DNA from: an uncultured Hormoscilla sp.
Lineage (GTDB): Bacteria; Cyanobacteriota; Cyanobacteriia; Cyanobacteriales; Desertifilaceae
Length of the DNA: 64,000 nt
NCBI GenBank assembly: GCA_963921275.4
Contig: OZ001293.3
Location: 6,304,001-6,368,000, forward strand
Direction: 5' to 3'
Shown: piece by piece, positions 11,388 to 22,285 of the stretch
Position numbering within the stretch: position 1 is the stretch's first letter
Layout: every line of letters starts with the position of its first letter
Translations under genes and position numbers: made by a program
The notes under the pieces: generated by a model
What the model was told of the DNA's origin: nothing
The model's database searches: none
Seen by the model: the letters and a program-made list of their open reading frames with translations, nothing else

Positions 11388-11423
11388 CATCGCATGCGCT
11401 GCGCGCAGGCATCGTGATAAACT

Positions 11424-14400
11424 TCAATTAACCACAGTGAAATCATCGACATTAATCAGGGTCGAATCAATCCCCTGCAGGGTGGCCAGGGTTTTCCCTT
11501 CAAAGTTAATCCGGGTATCGAGGCCCATCCTGACGATCGCCAAATCGTCGAAACTCAAACCTCCTGCTAGCCCAATCGAGTCCGTGCCATCTTCAAAGTC
11601 TATAATGGTATAGCCCATGCCCGACTCCAGAACAAAAAGATCGGCCTGCTGAGATCGTCCGTAGAGGCTATCGTTTCCATCTCCGCCGATGAGACCGTCG
11701 TTTCCGTAGACGCGATCGCTTCCATTTCCGCCGGTGAGGGGGTCGTCCTCCTGGAGGCGATCGTCCTGACCGACTATTAGTGAGGCGACCTCCAGAACAT
11801 CGTTGACGTTAATCGTGAAGACCTCCGAGTAACTGGCCCCAGTAACGTCGGTAGTCTGGACGCGGATGCCGTAACTCGATCGGGTCGGGGAACTGTTAAT
11901 TAGCAGTTGGTCCCCTACTATGGTGAAAGCAGCGTTATCATTGTCACCAAAGCCCGAGGTTAACCGGTAGGTAAAGGTATTTCCCCCGTCGGGATCGCTA
12001 GTAGAGAAAGTCCCCACGATTGTACCCTCACGGGAGTTGGAGTTGATGTTGTTGTCGCTAAGGGCTATCTCGGTAGGAGACTCGGCAACATTGTTCACAT
12101 TAATAGTCAAGACCTCCGAGTAACTGGCCCCTGTCTGGTCGGTAGTCTGGACTAATATCCTGTAAATCGACTGAGTCTCAAAGTCCGGGGAACTGTTAAT
12201 TCGCAGTTGGTCCCCTACTATGGTGAAAGCAGCGTTATCATCGCCACCAAAGCCGGAGACTAACCGATAGGTAAAGGTATCTCCCTCGTCGGGATCGCTA
12301 GTTCCGAAAGTCCCCACGACTGCACCCGATGGAGAGTTTTCATTGATGATGCTGCTGCTGAGAACTATATCGGTAGGAGAGGAGTTCTCTGCAACGTCGG
12401 TGACATTAATAGTCAAGGCCTCCGAGTAACTGGCCCCAGTCTGGTCGGTAGTCTGGACGCGGATGCTGTAACTCGACTGAGTCTCAAAGTCAGGGGAACT
12501 GTTAATTCGCAGTTGGTTCCCTACTATGGTGAAGGCGGCGTTATCATCGTCACCAACGCCTGAGACTAACTCGTAGGTAAAGGTATCTCCAGAGTTGGGG
12601 TCAGTAGTGGATAAAATCCCCACAACAGTATTGGCTGGGGAGTTTTCATTGATATTGATGCTGCCGCTGAGTTCGATGTCGGTAGGAGATTCGGCAACAT
12701 CGTTGACGTTAATAGTCAAGACCTCCTCGTAACTGGCCCCAGTCTGGTCGGTAGTCCGGACGCCGATGTTGTAACTCGACTGGGTCTCAAAGTCCAAAGA
12801 ACTGTTAGTTAGCAGTTCGTCCCCTACTATGATGAAGGCGTTGCTGCCGGAGAGTAACTGGTAGGTAAAGCTATCTCCAATGTCCGCGTCGGTAGTGGAG
12901 AAAGTCCCCACGACTGCACCCAATGGGGAGTTTTCATCAATGCTGCTGTTGCTGAGAACTATGTCAGTAGGAGAGGAGTTCTCAGCAACATCGTTGACGT
13001 TAATAGTCAAGGCCTCCGAGTAACTGGCCCCAGTAGCGTCGGTAGTCTGGACGCCGATCCTGTAACTCGACTGAGTCTCAAAGTCCAAAGAACTGTTAAT
13101 TCGCAGTTGGTCCCCTACTATGGTGAAGGCGGCGTTATCATCGTCACCAACGCCTGAGACTAACTGGTAGGTAAAGGTATCTCCAGAGTTGGGGTCAGTA
13201 GTGGAGAAAGTCCCCACGACTGCACCCAATGGGGAGTTTTCATCAATACTGCTGCTGCTGAGTTCGATGTCGGTAGGAGATTCGGCAACATCATTAACCT
13301 CAATAATCAAGACCCTCGAGAAACTGTCCCCAGCAGAGTCGGTAGTCTGGACGAGGATGCTGTAACTCGACTGGGTCTCAAAGTCCGGGGAACTGTTAAT
13401 CAGCAGTCGGTTTCCTTCTATGGTGAAGGCGTCGTTATCATCGGGACCAACGTCGGAGATTAACTGGTAGCTAAAGGTATCTCCCTCGTCGGGGTCGGTA
13501 GTCGAGAAAGTCCCCACGACTGTATCCGATGGGGAGTTTTCATTGATGCTGCTGTTGCTGAGAACTATGTCAGTAGGAGAGGAGTTCTCTGCAACATCGG
13601 TGACGTTAATAGTCAAGACCTCCGAGTAACTGGCCCCAGCAGCGTCGGTAGTCCGGACGAATATCTCGTAACTCGACTGAGTCTCAAAGTCCAAAGAACT
13701 GTTAGTTCGCAGTTCGTCCCCTACTATGGTGAAGGCGTTGCTGCCGAAGAGTAACTGGTAGGTAAAGCTATCTCCAATGTCGGCGTCGGTAGTGGAGAAA
13801 GTCCCCACGACTGCACCCAATGGGGAGTTTTCATTGATGCTGCTGTTGCTGAGAACTAGGTCGGTGGGAGTAGAGTTCCCTACAACATTAATGCTAAAGG
13901 TATCTGTCCCTTCACCTAGATCTTCGTCTATGGCGGTTACCGTTACGGTAAAGTTGCCTGCGGTAGTAGGGATACCGCTGATAACTCCCCGACTGTTGAT
14001 GGTTAAGCCCTCTGGTAAACCGATAGCTGTGTAGTTGTTGATGTTACCATTGTTGATGTTACCATTGATGTCGCCGAAGTTGTCGCTAATGTCTTCGTTG
14101 AAGTTATTCCCTGACAAGAGATCAAAGTCAAAGTCGGGAATCTCGGTTCTTACATAAGGGGGGTTTTCCAATAGCTTGTTAGCCCGCAAATTTAGAACCT
14201 CTTGGGGGATGGTGCCAGTTAGTCGGTTGTCGAACAGCCAGAGCTCTTCCAAATTGGAAAAATTTCCTAACTGAGGAGGGATGGAACCAGTCAGTCGGTT
14301 GTTGAACAGCCAGAGCTCTTCCAAATTGGAAAGATTCCCTAACTGAGGAGGGATGGTGCCAGTCAGGTCGTTGTTGAACAGCCAGAGAGCTACCAAATTG

Positions 14401-15833
14401 GAAAGATTTCCTAACTGAGGAGGGATGGTGCCAGTTAGTCGGTTGTTGTCCAGGTGGAGATCCTCCAAATTGGAAAGATTTCCTAACTGAGGAGGGATGG
14501 TGCCAGTTAGTCGGTTGTTGTCCAGGTCGAGCTCTTCCAAATTGGAAAGATTCCCTAACTGAGGAGGGATGGTGCCAGTCAGTCGGTTGTTGTCCAGGTC
14601 GAGATCGTCCAAATTGGAAAGATTCCCTAACTCACTCGGGATGCTGCCAGTCAGTCGGTTGTTGTCCAGGTCGAGCTCTTCCAAATTGGAAAGATTTCCT
14701 AACTGAGGAGGGATGGTGCCAGTCAGGTCGTTGTTGTCCAGGTCGAGCTCTTCCAAATTGGAAAGATTCCCTAACTGAGGAGGGATGGTGCCAGTCAGGC
14801 CGTTTTCCTCCAGCTCAATTACCGTCACCCTGCCGTTCTCTACCGTTACCCCAAACCAATCGTTAAGATCATTAGGGGGAGTTGGGCTGCTGAAATCCCA
14901 GCCTTCATTGTTCTGCCAAGAATCCCCATTTGTGGCGTCGTATAGGGCCCTCAGTGCCTGATAGTCGCTAAGAAGGGGGTTAACAAGGGGGTTGTTGCCG
15001 GACAGGTCGAGCTGTTCCAAATTCAGATTATCTAACTCCTGAGAGATGCTGCTACTCACACTCAGGTTGTTGTTGGACAGGTCGAGAGCTTCCAAATTGG
15101 AAAGATCCCCTAATTCCGTCGGGATGGTGCCACTCAGTTGGTTGTTGGACAGGTTGAGCTCTTCCAAATTGGAAAGATTCCCTAACTGAGGAGGGATGGT
15201 GCCAGTCAGGTCGTTCGACTGCAGGTTGAGCTCTACCAAATTGGAAAGATTCCCTAACTGAGGAGGGATGGTGCCAGTCAGGCCGTTTTCCTCCAGATCG
15301 AGTACCGTCACCCTGACTCTATCTAGATCCACCCCAAACCAATTATCAACAACAGACTCATCGGGGGGAGTGTCACTGTTGAAATTCCAGTCCTCCCAGC
15401 CTGTATTGTCATCCCAAGATGTCCCACCCGTGCCTTGGTATAGAGACCTTAAGGCCTCATAATCCTGCTGATTGAGGGGGGCCAGCTTAGCCATCAACTC
15501 CTCTCTTGCATCTCCGGCGGCCACGTTACAGCCGTAGAGTAGGAGTTTTTTGATTTTCCACCCCCGCAGGGTAGAGGCGTAATCCCCTAGGGTATCTAAA
15601 CTCAGTTGGGAGTTCCCCAGATACAGACAGCCAGGGCTGCCGTGGGAGAGTAGGTGAAGAACCTCTGTTTCCCGATGCTGTAGGAGTTGTTCGCCGATCT
15701 GTTCGATGCCATCGGACTGAAGGTCTAAGAGGAAGGGTTTGGTTCCAGGCTGGAGGCCGTCTATAAGCTGCTGGTAGTTTTCTAAAGAGGGATCCACTAC
15801 TACCATGGTGAAGGCATTGGTATTATTCTTCAT
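11424..15833 (-). CDS. Large secreted protein: DUF4347 + plant-type LRRs + Ig-like + cadherin repeats + RTX-like C-terminus
   Basis: LHLLSHGSPGCLYLG; 24-aa LxxLxLxxNxLTGTIPPQLGNL repeats; ~7 cadherin units (DFETQSSY); GGNGSD/GGDGND tail. Confidence 0.88.
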   Translation of the reverse strand: MKNNTNAFTMVVVDPSLENYQQLIDGLQPGTKPFLLDLQSDGIEQIGEQLLQHRETEVLHLLSHGSPGCLYLGNSQLSLDTLGDYASTLRGWKIKKLLLYGCNVAAGDAREELMAKLAPLNQQDYEALRSLYQGTGGTSWDDNTGWEDWNFNSDTPPDESVVDNWFGVDLDRVRVTVLDLEENGLTGTIPPQLGNLSNLVELNLQSNDLTGTIPPQLGNLSNLEELNLSNNQLSGTIPTELGDLSNLEALDLSNNNLSVSSSISQELDNLNLEQLDLSGNNPLVNPLLSDYQALRALYDATNGDSWQNNEGWDFSSPTPPNDLNDWFGVTVENGRVTVIELEENGLTGTIPPQLGNLSNLEELDLDNNDLTGTIPPQLGNLSNLEELDLDNNRLTGSIPSELGNLSNLDDLDLDNNRLTGTIPPQLGNLSNLEELDLDNNRLTGTIPPQLGNLSNLEDLHLDNNRLTGTIPPQLGNLSNLVALWLFNNDLTGTIPPQLGNLSNLEELWLFNNRLTGSIPPQLGNFSNLEELWLFDNRLTGTIPQEVLNLRANKLLENPPYVRTEIPDFDFDLLSGNNFNEDISDNFGDINGNINNGNINNYTAIGLPEGLTINSRGVISGIPTTAGNFTVTVTAIDEDLGEGTDTFSINVVGNSTPTDLVLSNSSINENSPLGAVVGTFSTTDADIGDSFTYQLLFGSNAFTIVGDELRTNSSLDFETQSSYEIFVRTTDAAGASYSEVLTINVTDVAENSSPTDIVLSNSSINENSPSDTVVGTFSTTDPDEGDTFSYQLISDVGPDDNDAFTIEGNRLLINSSPDFETQSSYSILVQTTDSAGDSFSRVLIIEVNDVAESPTDIELSSSSIDENSPLGAVVGTFSTTDPNSGDTFTYQLVSGVGDDDNAAFTIVGDQLRINSSLDFETQSSYRIGVQTTDATGASYSEALTINVNDVAENSSPTDIVLSNSSIDENSPLGAVVGTFSTTDADIGDSFTYQLLSGSNAFIIVGDELLTNSSLDFETQSSYNIGVRTTDQTGASYEEVLTINVNDVAESPTDIELSGSININENSPANTVVGILSTTDPNSGDTFTYELVSGVGDDDNAAFTIVGNQLRINSSPDFETQSSYSIRVQTTDQTGASYSEALTINVTDVAENSSPTDIVLSSSIINENSPSGAVVGTFGTSDPDEGDTFTYRLVSGFGGDDNAAFTIVGDQLRINSSPDFETQSIYRILVQTTDQTGASYSEVLTINVNNVAESPTEIALSDNNINSNSREGTIVGTFSTSDPDGGNTFTYRLTSGFGDNDNAAFTIVGDQLLINSSPTRSSYGIRVQTTDVTGASYSEVFTINVNDVLEVASLIVGQDDRLQEDDPLTGGNGSDRVYGNDGLIGGDGNDSLYGRSQQADLFVLESGMGYTIIDFEDGTDSIGLAGGLSFDDLAIVRMGLDTRINFEGKTLATLQGIDSTLINVDDFTVVN

Positions 15834-16141
15834 TTTAAGGTTGCTGAATTTTGAATGGCTTAGGAACGAGTCGCTCCCTTATATATGTATACTTCAGATG
15901 GGGTTCGGGATATTTCGGATAATTTCAAAAATTATTTGCTGTGTTATCGGTTAGAGAAAAAATAGATGAACCGAGGAGAGGGAAACGATGCCTACCGTTC
16001 CGGAAAAATCGGGAGTATGGCCAAAACCCTGTCGCAGAGAGAAAATGCGCATTTTTTCGATGACCGGTGGTAAAAAATCAATGATTTACTACCGGTGATA
16101 GACGGCCATGTAGGAGGAACGGCCAAAAATAAATTGACTCT

Positions 16142-16500
16142 TCGGCGTTGGGTAGTGAAGGGTCGGGGTTGGGTAGTGAAGGGTCGGGGTTGGGTAGTGA
16201 AGGGTCGGGGTTGGGTAGTGAAGGGTCGGGGTTGGGTAGTGAAGGGTCGGGGTTGGGTAGTGAAGGGTCGGGGTTGGGTAGTGAAGGGTCGGCGTTGGGT
16301 AGTCTAGGGTCGGCGTTAGATCTCCACCCCTGCGCGTTGAGTGGCGACCCGTGCCCGTTGTCGCTCCACCTGGGTTGGGTTAAGCTTGCACTCCTGCGCG
16401 TTAAGCTTGCACCTAGGCGCGTTGAGTAGTGACCTATGGGCAGACCATAGTGACCCGTGCGCGTTAAGCACAACTCCACCGCATTAAGCACAACGAGCAA
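16142..16500. repeat. 21-bp tandem array (8 near-perfect units to 16309, degenerate beyond)
   Basis: TCGGGGTTGGGTAGTGAAGGG units. Confidence 0.9.
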
Positions 16501-16632
16501 TCTTTCCCCTAAACGGAACCAAGATCCTAGGGAACGACCAGTGAAGTGCCCTGCCGCTCGGGCGACAGGGTCTCTCGCGCTCACTTGTAGTTGATAGCCA
16601 GGTGCATTGATGATGTCCTCCCTATTGGGATA

Positions 16633-16723
16633 AGCTGTCGCGCATTAAATTGCATAGTTTGAAGAAATAATTTTGAATTGCTTAAGACCGATATCGTCGT
16701 AGTTTACAAGATATCTGGCAGCT
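16633..16723. mobile_element. MITE-like remnant related to 61600-61719
   Basis: TA-AGCTGTCGCGCATTAAATTGCATA left end, degenerate ..CAGCT-TA right end. Confidence 0.5.
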
Positions 16724-16916
16724 TAACACCCAAGACTAAGACCTGTCAAGTCCGATCACCTCCGATCGGACTACATTTTCGTTAATTTTCTATGAAAATT
16801 TTATCGATTGACATTTCAAACATAATCAGATATAAGATGGTTACTGAGACCTTGGTCGCGGTGACTCTGACCGCGCAGCGTGGCGCTAGCCATTATTTGA
16901 CTACTCCGGAGAGAGA

Positions 16917-18602
16917 ATGACAAATTTATTGCTGCCGTTTTTGATAAAGATAGCCAAGTATAGTAAAGAGAGGTTTGTAGCAAAAACTCTTCAAGTGGAT
17001 GCTGTCCAGGAAAAGTTCCTCTTTAACCTATTACGGGCCCATCAAGATACTCAATTAGGTCGCGTTGACCAGTTGTCTGAGGTGAAGACTGTCGATCAGT
17101 TTCGCGATCGCATTCCCATCAGGCCCTATAGCAGCTACGAACCATACTTGGAAAAGATTACCCAAGGAGAAAATCACATCCTGACTGCCCAAAAAGTAAT
17201 ATACATGACTTTGACTAGCGGGTCAACGGATAAGCAGAAACTGATTCCCACCACCAGGAAATTTCAAAGCATAGTCCGGAATGCGAGTCTAGTCAGCATG
17301 GGATTTCTGGCAGAGGCATTGGCAAAACGGGGGCAGAAGTTTGGTAAACTGCTGGTGACTAACTCAGTGCAACAATGGGGACGTACTCCTGGGGGAATTG
17401 ATTATGGGCCATCCAGCGCCGGGGTTCTGCGTCTGGATAAGCGTCTGTTTGCCCAATTCTTTGCCCACCCCTACGAGACTGCCAAGCTAAGTGATAGTCT
17501 GACGCGCCATTATGTGGCCCTGCTGTTTGCCCTCGGCAACCGGGAAATGGGGGGGACAATCGCTAATTTTCCTATGTTGATTCTGCGGACTTGCAACTAT
17601 TTGAGTCAGTATGCCGAAAGTTTAATTGCTGATATCGCCCAGGGGTCGATCGCCCTTTGGTTGGAGATGGAACCAGAACTGCGATCGCAACTGGAACGGA
17701 ACTTGACTGCCAACCCCATGAGGGCGCGGGAACTCCAGGAAATCTTACAATCCCACGGAAAGCTGACTCCTAAGTTAGCATGGCCCAATCTGGCGGTGGT
17801 AGCAACGGCGAGGGGCGGAACTTCCGATTTTTACTTTCAGCGGTTTCCCGAGTATTTTGGGGATACTGCAATTTTCGGAGTTGTCTTCTCTTCGGCGGAA
17901 GGGATGTTCGGCATCTACCCGGATGTGAATACAGATGGTAGCATTTTAGCCATTGAGAGTGGCTTTTTTGAATTCATTCCCGAAGACCAATGGGGAGTAG
18001 AACATCCGCAAACCTTGCTGGCGACGGAAGTGCAGGTGGGACAGAGGTATCGTATCCTGACAACTACCTACAGTGGATTTTATCGCTACGACATTGGCGA
18101 TGTCATCGAGGTAGTAGGATTCGATCGGCAAGCACCCTTAATTGTGTTTCGCCATCGCCAAGGGGGACAAATGTCCAGTACCACTGAGAAAACTAACGAA
18201 CATCACGTTACTCGGGTGCTTCAGGCCCTGCAAGGGGAGTTTCATCTTAATTTGGAGGACTTCTGCATTACTCTCTCGGAACGGGACTTTCCCGCCCGCT
18301 ATCTGATTAATATCGAACTCGCTGACGGGGATACACTGTCGGACCCCCAAGCTTTTCTGTCAAAGTGCGATCGCCTGTTAGGGGAAAACAACACCCACTA
18401 CGCAATTTCGCGTCAAAGTGACATCCCGCCGCCGCGCCTGCGCCTGCTAGAAAAGGGAAGTTTTGACATTTTGCGCCAGCGCCAGTTAGCGCGAGGAATA
18501 CCTGATTCTCAACTTAAATTTGCCCATATCAGCGAAGACCGGAATTTTCTGGAGGGGTTGGTCGTAGAAAAGGAAGTGAGGCTGCCAGATGATGTCAACT
18601 AA
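16917..18602 (+). CDS. GH3-family acyl-acid amido synthetase
   Basis: 561 aa; LTSGSTDKQKLIP, FSSAEG, FFEFIP, YRYDIGD. Confidence 0.9.
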   Translation: MTNLLLPFLIKIAKYSKERFVAKTLQVDAVQEKFLFNLLRAHQDTQLGRVDQLSEVKTVDQFRDRIPIRPYSSYEPYLEKITQGENHILTAQKVIYMTLTSGSTDKQKLIPTTRKFQSIVRNASLVSMGFLAEALAKRGQKFGKLLVTNSVQQWGRTPGGIDYGPSSAGVLRLDKRLFAQFFAHPYETAKLSDSLTRHYVALLFALGNREMGGTIANFPMLILRTCNYLSQYAESLIADIAQGSIALWLEMEPELRSQLERNLTANPMRARELQEILQSHGKLTPKLAWPNLAVVATARGGTSDFYFQRFPEYFGDTAIFGVVFSSAEGMFGIYPDVNTDGSILAIESGFFEFIPEDQWGVEHPQTLLATEVQVGQRYRILTTTYSGFYRYDIGDVIEVVGFDRQAPLIVFRHRQGGQMSSTTEKTNEHHVTRVLQALQGEFHLNLEDFCITLSERDFPARYLINIELADGDTLSDPQAFLSKCDRLLGENNTHYAISRQSDIPPPRLRLLEKGSFDILRQRQLARGIPDSQLKFAHISEDRNFLEGLVVEKEVRLPDDVN

Positions 18603-18665
18603 TGATATCATCTGTTAGATTAGCAGGAGGTTTGAACCCCCTGGGGCTGGCGGGCGATCGGGTTA

Positions 18666-19634
18666 ATGTGGGCAAACGGGAGGAAGACATCTACAATGAA
18701 TAAAGTAACAAATCCTATCTCTAGGGAAGAGATATCAGAACTCACGCCGGAAAGATTTGTGAGAGAATATCAAAAACCAGGGATGCCGGTAGTGATTAAA
18801 GGATTACTGGCGGACTGCGAAGACTGGAGTTTGGACTATCTTTGCCAAGAGTTGAGTTCGCAAGAGTTTCTGTCCCGGTGGTACGGAAACCAGAGGTACA
18901 AATTGGACAAACGCCAATGGCAAAACATTGGCAGTGGGGTGGACACGAAAAGTTTGCCATTTACTACCTATGCCGAGATGTTGCGCAACCATAAGGCCCA
19001 CGAACAGGACATTTACTTAGCTAAATGTTCTCTGAAAGATACGTCTTTGGAGGAAAAAGCATCTCGAATAAAGATAGGAGAGAAGTTGGGTTTAGAGAAA
19101 CCCGCTAGCGACTTGAATATGTGGGCGGGACCGGGAGGTCACGTGGAAGCCTTACATTATGATACCCTAGATGGGACATTAATGCAACTGCACGGTGCTA
19201 AAAAGGTGGTGCTGTTCCCCAGTTCCCAAACAGCTAATCTTTATCCCTTTCCAGTTTCCGTGCATTTGCGCCACGGCTTAAAGTTGCGTTCTTGGTTCAG
19301 TCAGGTGTACCCGGAAAAACCCGATCTGCAAGCTTTTCCTAAATTAAGAGAAGCGCTACAATACAAGCAGGAAGTAATATTGCATCAAGGGGAAACCCTC
19401 TTTATTCCTGCCGGTTGGTGGCATGAAGTGACGGCTTTGGGAGATGAAATGGTCTGTTCGGTGAATCGCTTTTGGGGCGTATATCCTCTATCGAGGGCGC
19501 TATTTTCCTACAGTGCCTGGCGGACCTATTTGGGCATACTCTTGGCCATGCCTTATATGCTAGCACAAGGAGCGATCGCTTTCGGGAGTCGAGACCGGAA
19601 GCAAAAGATCGCCCAACTGTGGCGGATGCTGTAA
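18666..19634 (+). CDS. JmjC / cupin-like Fe(II)-2OG oxygenase
   Basis: PVVIKG, LHYD, GAKKVVLF, LFIPAGWWHEV (HxD..H); start may be 18696. Confidence 0.88.
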   Translation: MWANGRKTSTMNKVTNPISREEISELTPERFVREYQKPGMPVVIKGLLADCEDWSLDYLCQELSSQEFLSRWYGNQRYKLDKRQWQNIGSGVDTKSLPFTTYAEMLRNHKAHEQDIYLAKCSLKDTSLEEKASRIKIGEKLGLEKPASDLNMWAGPGGHVEALHYDTLDGTLMQLHGAKKVVLFPSSQTANLYPFPVSVHLRHGLKLRSWFSQVYPEKPDLQAFPKLREALQYKQEVILHQGETLFIPAGWWHEVTALGDEMVCSVNRFWGVYPLSRALFSYSAWRTYLGILLAMPYMLAQGAIAFGSRDRKQKIAQLWRML

Positions 19635-19704
19635 TGTCAACTTAGGTCTCAAACTCGGTTTATCGTCTAAACCGAGTTTGGAAGATAGGACAGGAGAAAA
19701 AATC

Positions 19705-20346
19705 ATGACGATGACTGCGGTGAAAGAACCACCACCACAAACCACCCAGCGAGTAATCTTAGAGAATGTCAGTTGGGAGACTTACAAGCAACTATTGGCA
19801 GAAATGGGCGATCAGCGCACATCGCGGATCGCCTATAATCAAGGAGTGCTGGAAATCATTATGCCATCAGACCGCCACGAAACTTATAAGCAACTACTAG
19901 AACGAATGGTGAATACTCTGACAGAAGAACTGAATCTCAGGGTAAAGGGGTTTGCTTCGACAACATTGAATCGAGAAGATTTCCGGAAAGGTGCCGAACC
20001 TGACTCCTGCTATTACATCCAAAATGTAGACCGCATTATGGGTCGCACTGTAGACCTAGCGAACGACCCTCCGCCGGACTTAGTAATTGAAGTCGATATA
20101 ACCAGTTCTTCCAGGCGTCGATTTGAGATTTACAGACAGCTAGGAGTGCCGGAAATTTGGCGCTATCTAGGACAAACTGTCAGAATTAACCAATTGCAAG
20201 AAGAGGAATATGTTGAACGTGACTATAGTCCAACATTTTCCTTTGTTTCTGCGGCGATAATTAATCAATTTCTCCAAAGGGCAGAAACTACTGATGATAC
20301 TACGATGATTCGGGCCTGGCGTCAATGGGTAGGAGAGCAATTCTGA
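19705..20346 (+). CDS. Uma2-family endonuclease
   Basis: SWETY, GAEPDSCYYIQN, PPPDLVIEVDITS, LGVPEIWRY. Confidence 0.9.
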   Translation: MTMTAVKEPPPQTTQRVILENVSWETYKQLLAEMGDQRTSRIAYNQGVLEIIMPSDRHETYKQLLERMVNTLTEELNLRVKGFASTTLNREDFRKGAEPDSCYYIQNVDRIMGRTVDLANDPPPDLVIEVDITSSSRRRFEIYRQLGVPEIWRYLGQTVRINQLQEEEYVERDYSPTFSFVSAAIINQFLQRAETTDDTTMIRAWRQWVGEQF

Positions 20347-20520
20347 CTACCAGTTTACTCTACAGTGTCCCGTCGCGTACTCTTGTCCTGACCGCGCTAG
20401 CGTGGCGCCAGCCATAGGACACGGCACACGACGGGACACTGCTGAAAAATTGTTCATTTCCATTCAAATTTATGCTATCCTGAAAATCACCAGCAAACAT
20501 TAGATAAATTTAAAGGTACT

Positions 20521-20832
20521 ATGAACCAAGAAGAACAGAACCCACTGAGGAGTAAACTAGAGAAAGAATTGCAAGAGTCAGAATGGTTACAGAAGTTCAA
20601 GCAACTGAGTGCAGGACTCAGGCAAATTAAAACAGAAATTCCACTTACGCAACTCGGCAACCTAGAATGGATGACGGATACCGAAAGCCTGATAATTCAC
20701 TGTCCTAACCCAGAAGTGAGGGCCGGGTTGTCTCAGCAGATACCCCAGATCGCCCAAATTAATATTGGGGCCAACCTCTTTATCCTCAAACACCCGAACT
20801 ACCCAGACATTATCATCCATCCTAATTGTTGA
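20521..20832 (+). CDS. Hypothetical protein
   Basis: 103 aa ATG-started ORF with protein-like composition. Confidence 0.55.
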   Translation: MNQEEQNPLRSKLEKELQESEWLQKFKQLSAGLRQIKTEIPLTQLGNLEWMTDTESLIIHCPNPEVRAGLSQQIPQIAQINIGANLFILKHPNYPDIIIHPNC

Positions 20833-20997
20833 AACTTGGGAATTGAAAATTGGGAATTGTTCAAGCAATTAATCCAGTACTTCGGAGCGCGCAATAATTA
20901 TCAATTAGTAGGGAAGATTAGCAATAAGCAATTAGTCAGAGCTGATGTTACAATATATGTAAATTTGTAGAGAAGTTGTGTAGATAGGTTATTTATT

Positions 20998-22245
20998 ATG
21001 GCATCGATCGCCCGCAAGAACCTATTGGAAGACATTCCCCGCTTCCTCGTAGCCCAGGCAGGGATTATGTTTGCCGTCAGCCTGGTGACGATTCAGACCG
21101 GCATACTCAAGGGGTTTACTCGCTCGACGGTGCAGTTGATCGAAAATTCCCCAGCTGACATCTGGGTAGCATCCCAGGAAATGTTGCATTTAGAATTGAC
21201 AAAGCCCCTGCTGTTGGAGTACGCTTTACTGGCTAAACAGGTGGAAGGGGTCGATCGGTCGGAACCCTTGATGAGGGGAATAGCTCAGTGGAATGTTCCC
21301 GGGGCGGAACTGACTCCTGTGAAGGTATTCGGTTTCGACCCAGGGGGGCAATTATTTTTACCTGGCAAGGTCAACCCCAGCAGCTTGCGGGCCCTGAAGG
21401 AACCTTACACCGCGATCGTCGATGCCAGCAATTTAGATTCCCTGCACGTCCGAGGTGTGGGCGATCGGGCAGAAATTGGCTCTTTGCCAGTGCGGTTGGT
21501 AGGCTTAACTAAAGAAACTCAGTCGATCATATCGAGTCCCTTCGTGTTTACCTCCTTGAAAAGTGCCAACGCCTATCTCAATGCTGGTGTCACTTCTAAG
21601 CTGAACTGCAAGCTGCTACCCGAGGGCGATATCAAATGCGTCACTATTTACGAACAGGAAGAAACTACGGAAACATCAGCAGTTTCTCCTCCCAAACCCT
21701 TAAACTTAACAGACCCGATCGTCTACGTGTTAATTCGGGCCAAACCAGGGGAGGATCTACAGGCACTCAAACGGCGGTTAGAAGCGGCTTTGCCAGATAG
21801 CCAGGCCTATACTCGTGCGGAAATAGCTAACCAGACCCGCGACTACTGGCAGCAGCGCAGCGGCATTGGATTTATTCTCGGTTTGGGTGCGGCGGTGGGT
21901 GTTATGGTGGGTATGGTAGTTGTCGGTCAGATCCTCTACTCTTCTGTATCCGATCATCTCAAAGAGTTTGGAACACTCAAAGCAATGGGGGCGTCTGACT
22001 GGGTAATTTACAGCGTCATTATCGAGCAAGCCCTGTGGATGGCAGTTATAGGATATGTTCCCAGTATGATCCTTTGCTTGGCCTTGGCATCTTGGGCCTT
22101 GGCAAGTCAGGGAATTATGATTTTGATCACGCCCCTATCTGCCGCCGGAGTTTTGGGAATTACCCTGCTGATGTGTGTCGGTTCAGCTTTCTTCGCCATT
22201 CAAAAAGTGACTCGCGTCGATCCGGCGATCGTCTTCAAAGCCTAA
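20998..22245 (+). CDS. ABC transporter permease (DevC/FtsX-like)
   Basis: MASIARKNL.., HLKEFGTLKAMGAS, DPAIVFK. Confidence 0.9.
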   Translation: MASIARKNLLEDIPRFLVAQAGIMFAVSLVTIQTGILKGFTRSTVQLIENSPADIWVASQEMLHLELTKPLLLEYALLAKQVEGVDRSEPLMRGIAQWNVPGAELTPVKVFGFDPGGQLFLPGKVNPSSLRALKEPYTAIVDASNLDSLHVRGVGDRAEIGSLPVRLVGLTKETQSIISSPFVFTSLKSANAYLNAGVTSKLNCKLLPEGDIKCVTIYEQEETTETSAVSPPKPLNLTDPIVYVLIRAKPGEDLQALKRRLEAALPDSQAYTRAEIANQTRDYWQQRSGIGFILGLGAAVGVMVGMVVVGQILYSSVSDHLKEFGTLKAMGASDWVIYSVIIEQALWMAVIGYVPSMILCLALASWALASQGIMILITPLSAAGVLGITLLMCVGSAFFAIQKVTRVDPAIVFKA

Positions 22246-22285
22246 AACTCGTTGCAATCGCAATTAGCCATTCGCAATTATTTAC

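Noticed and set aside
16078..16584. ORFs with PDPSLPN / GSEGSGL repeats
   Set aside because: Open on both strands because of the tandem array; no independent evidence of coding
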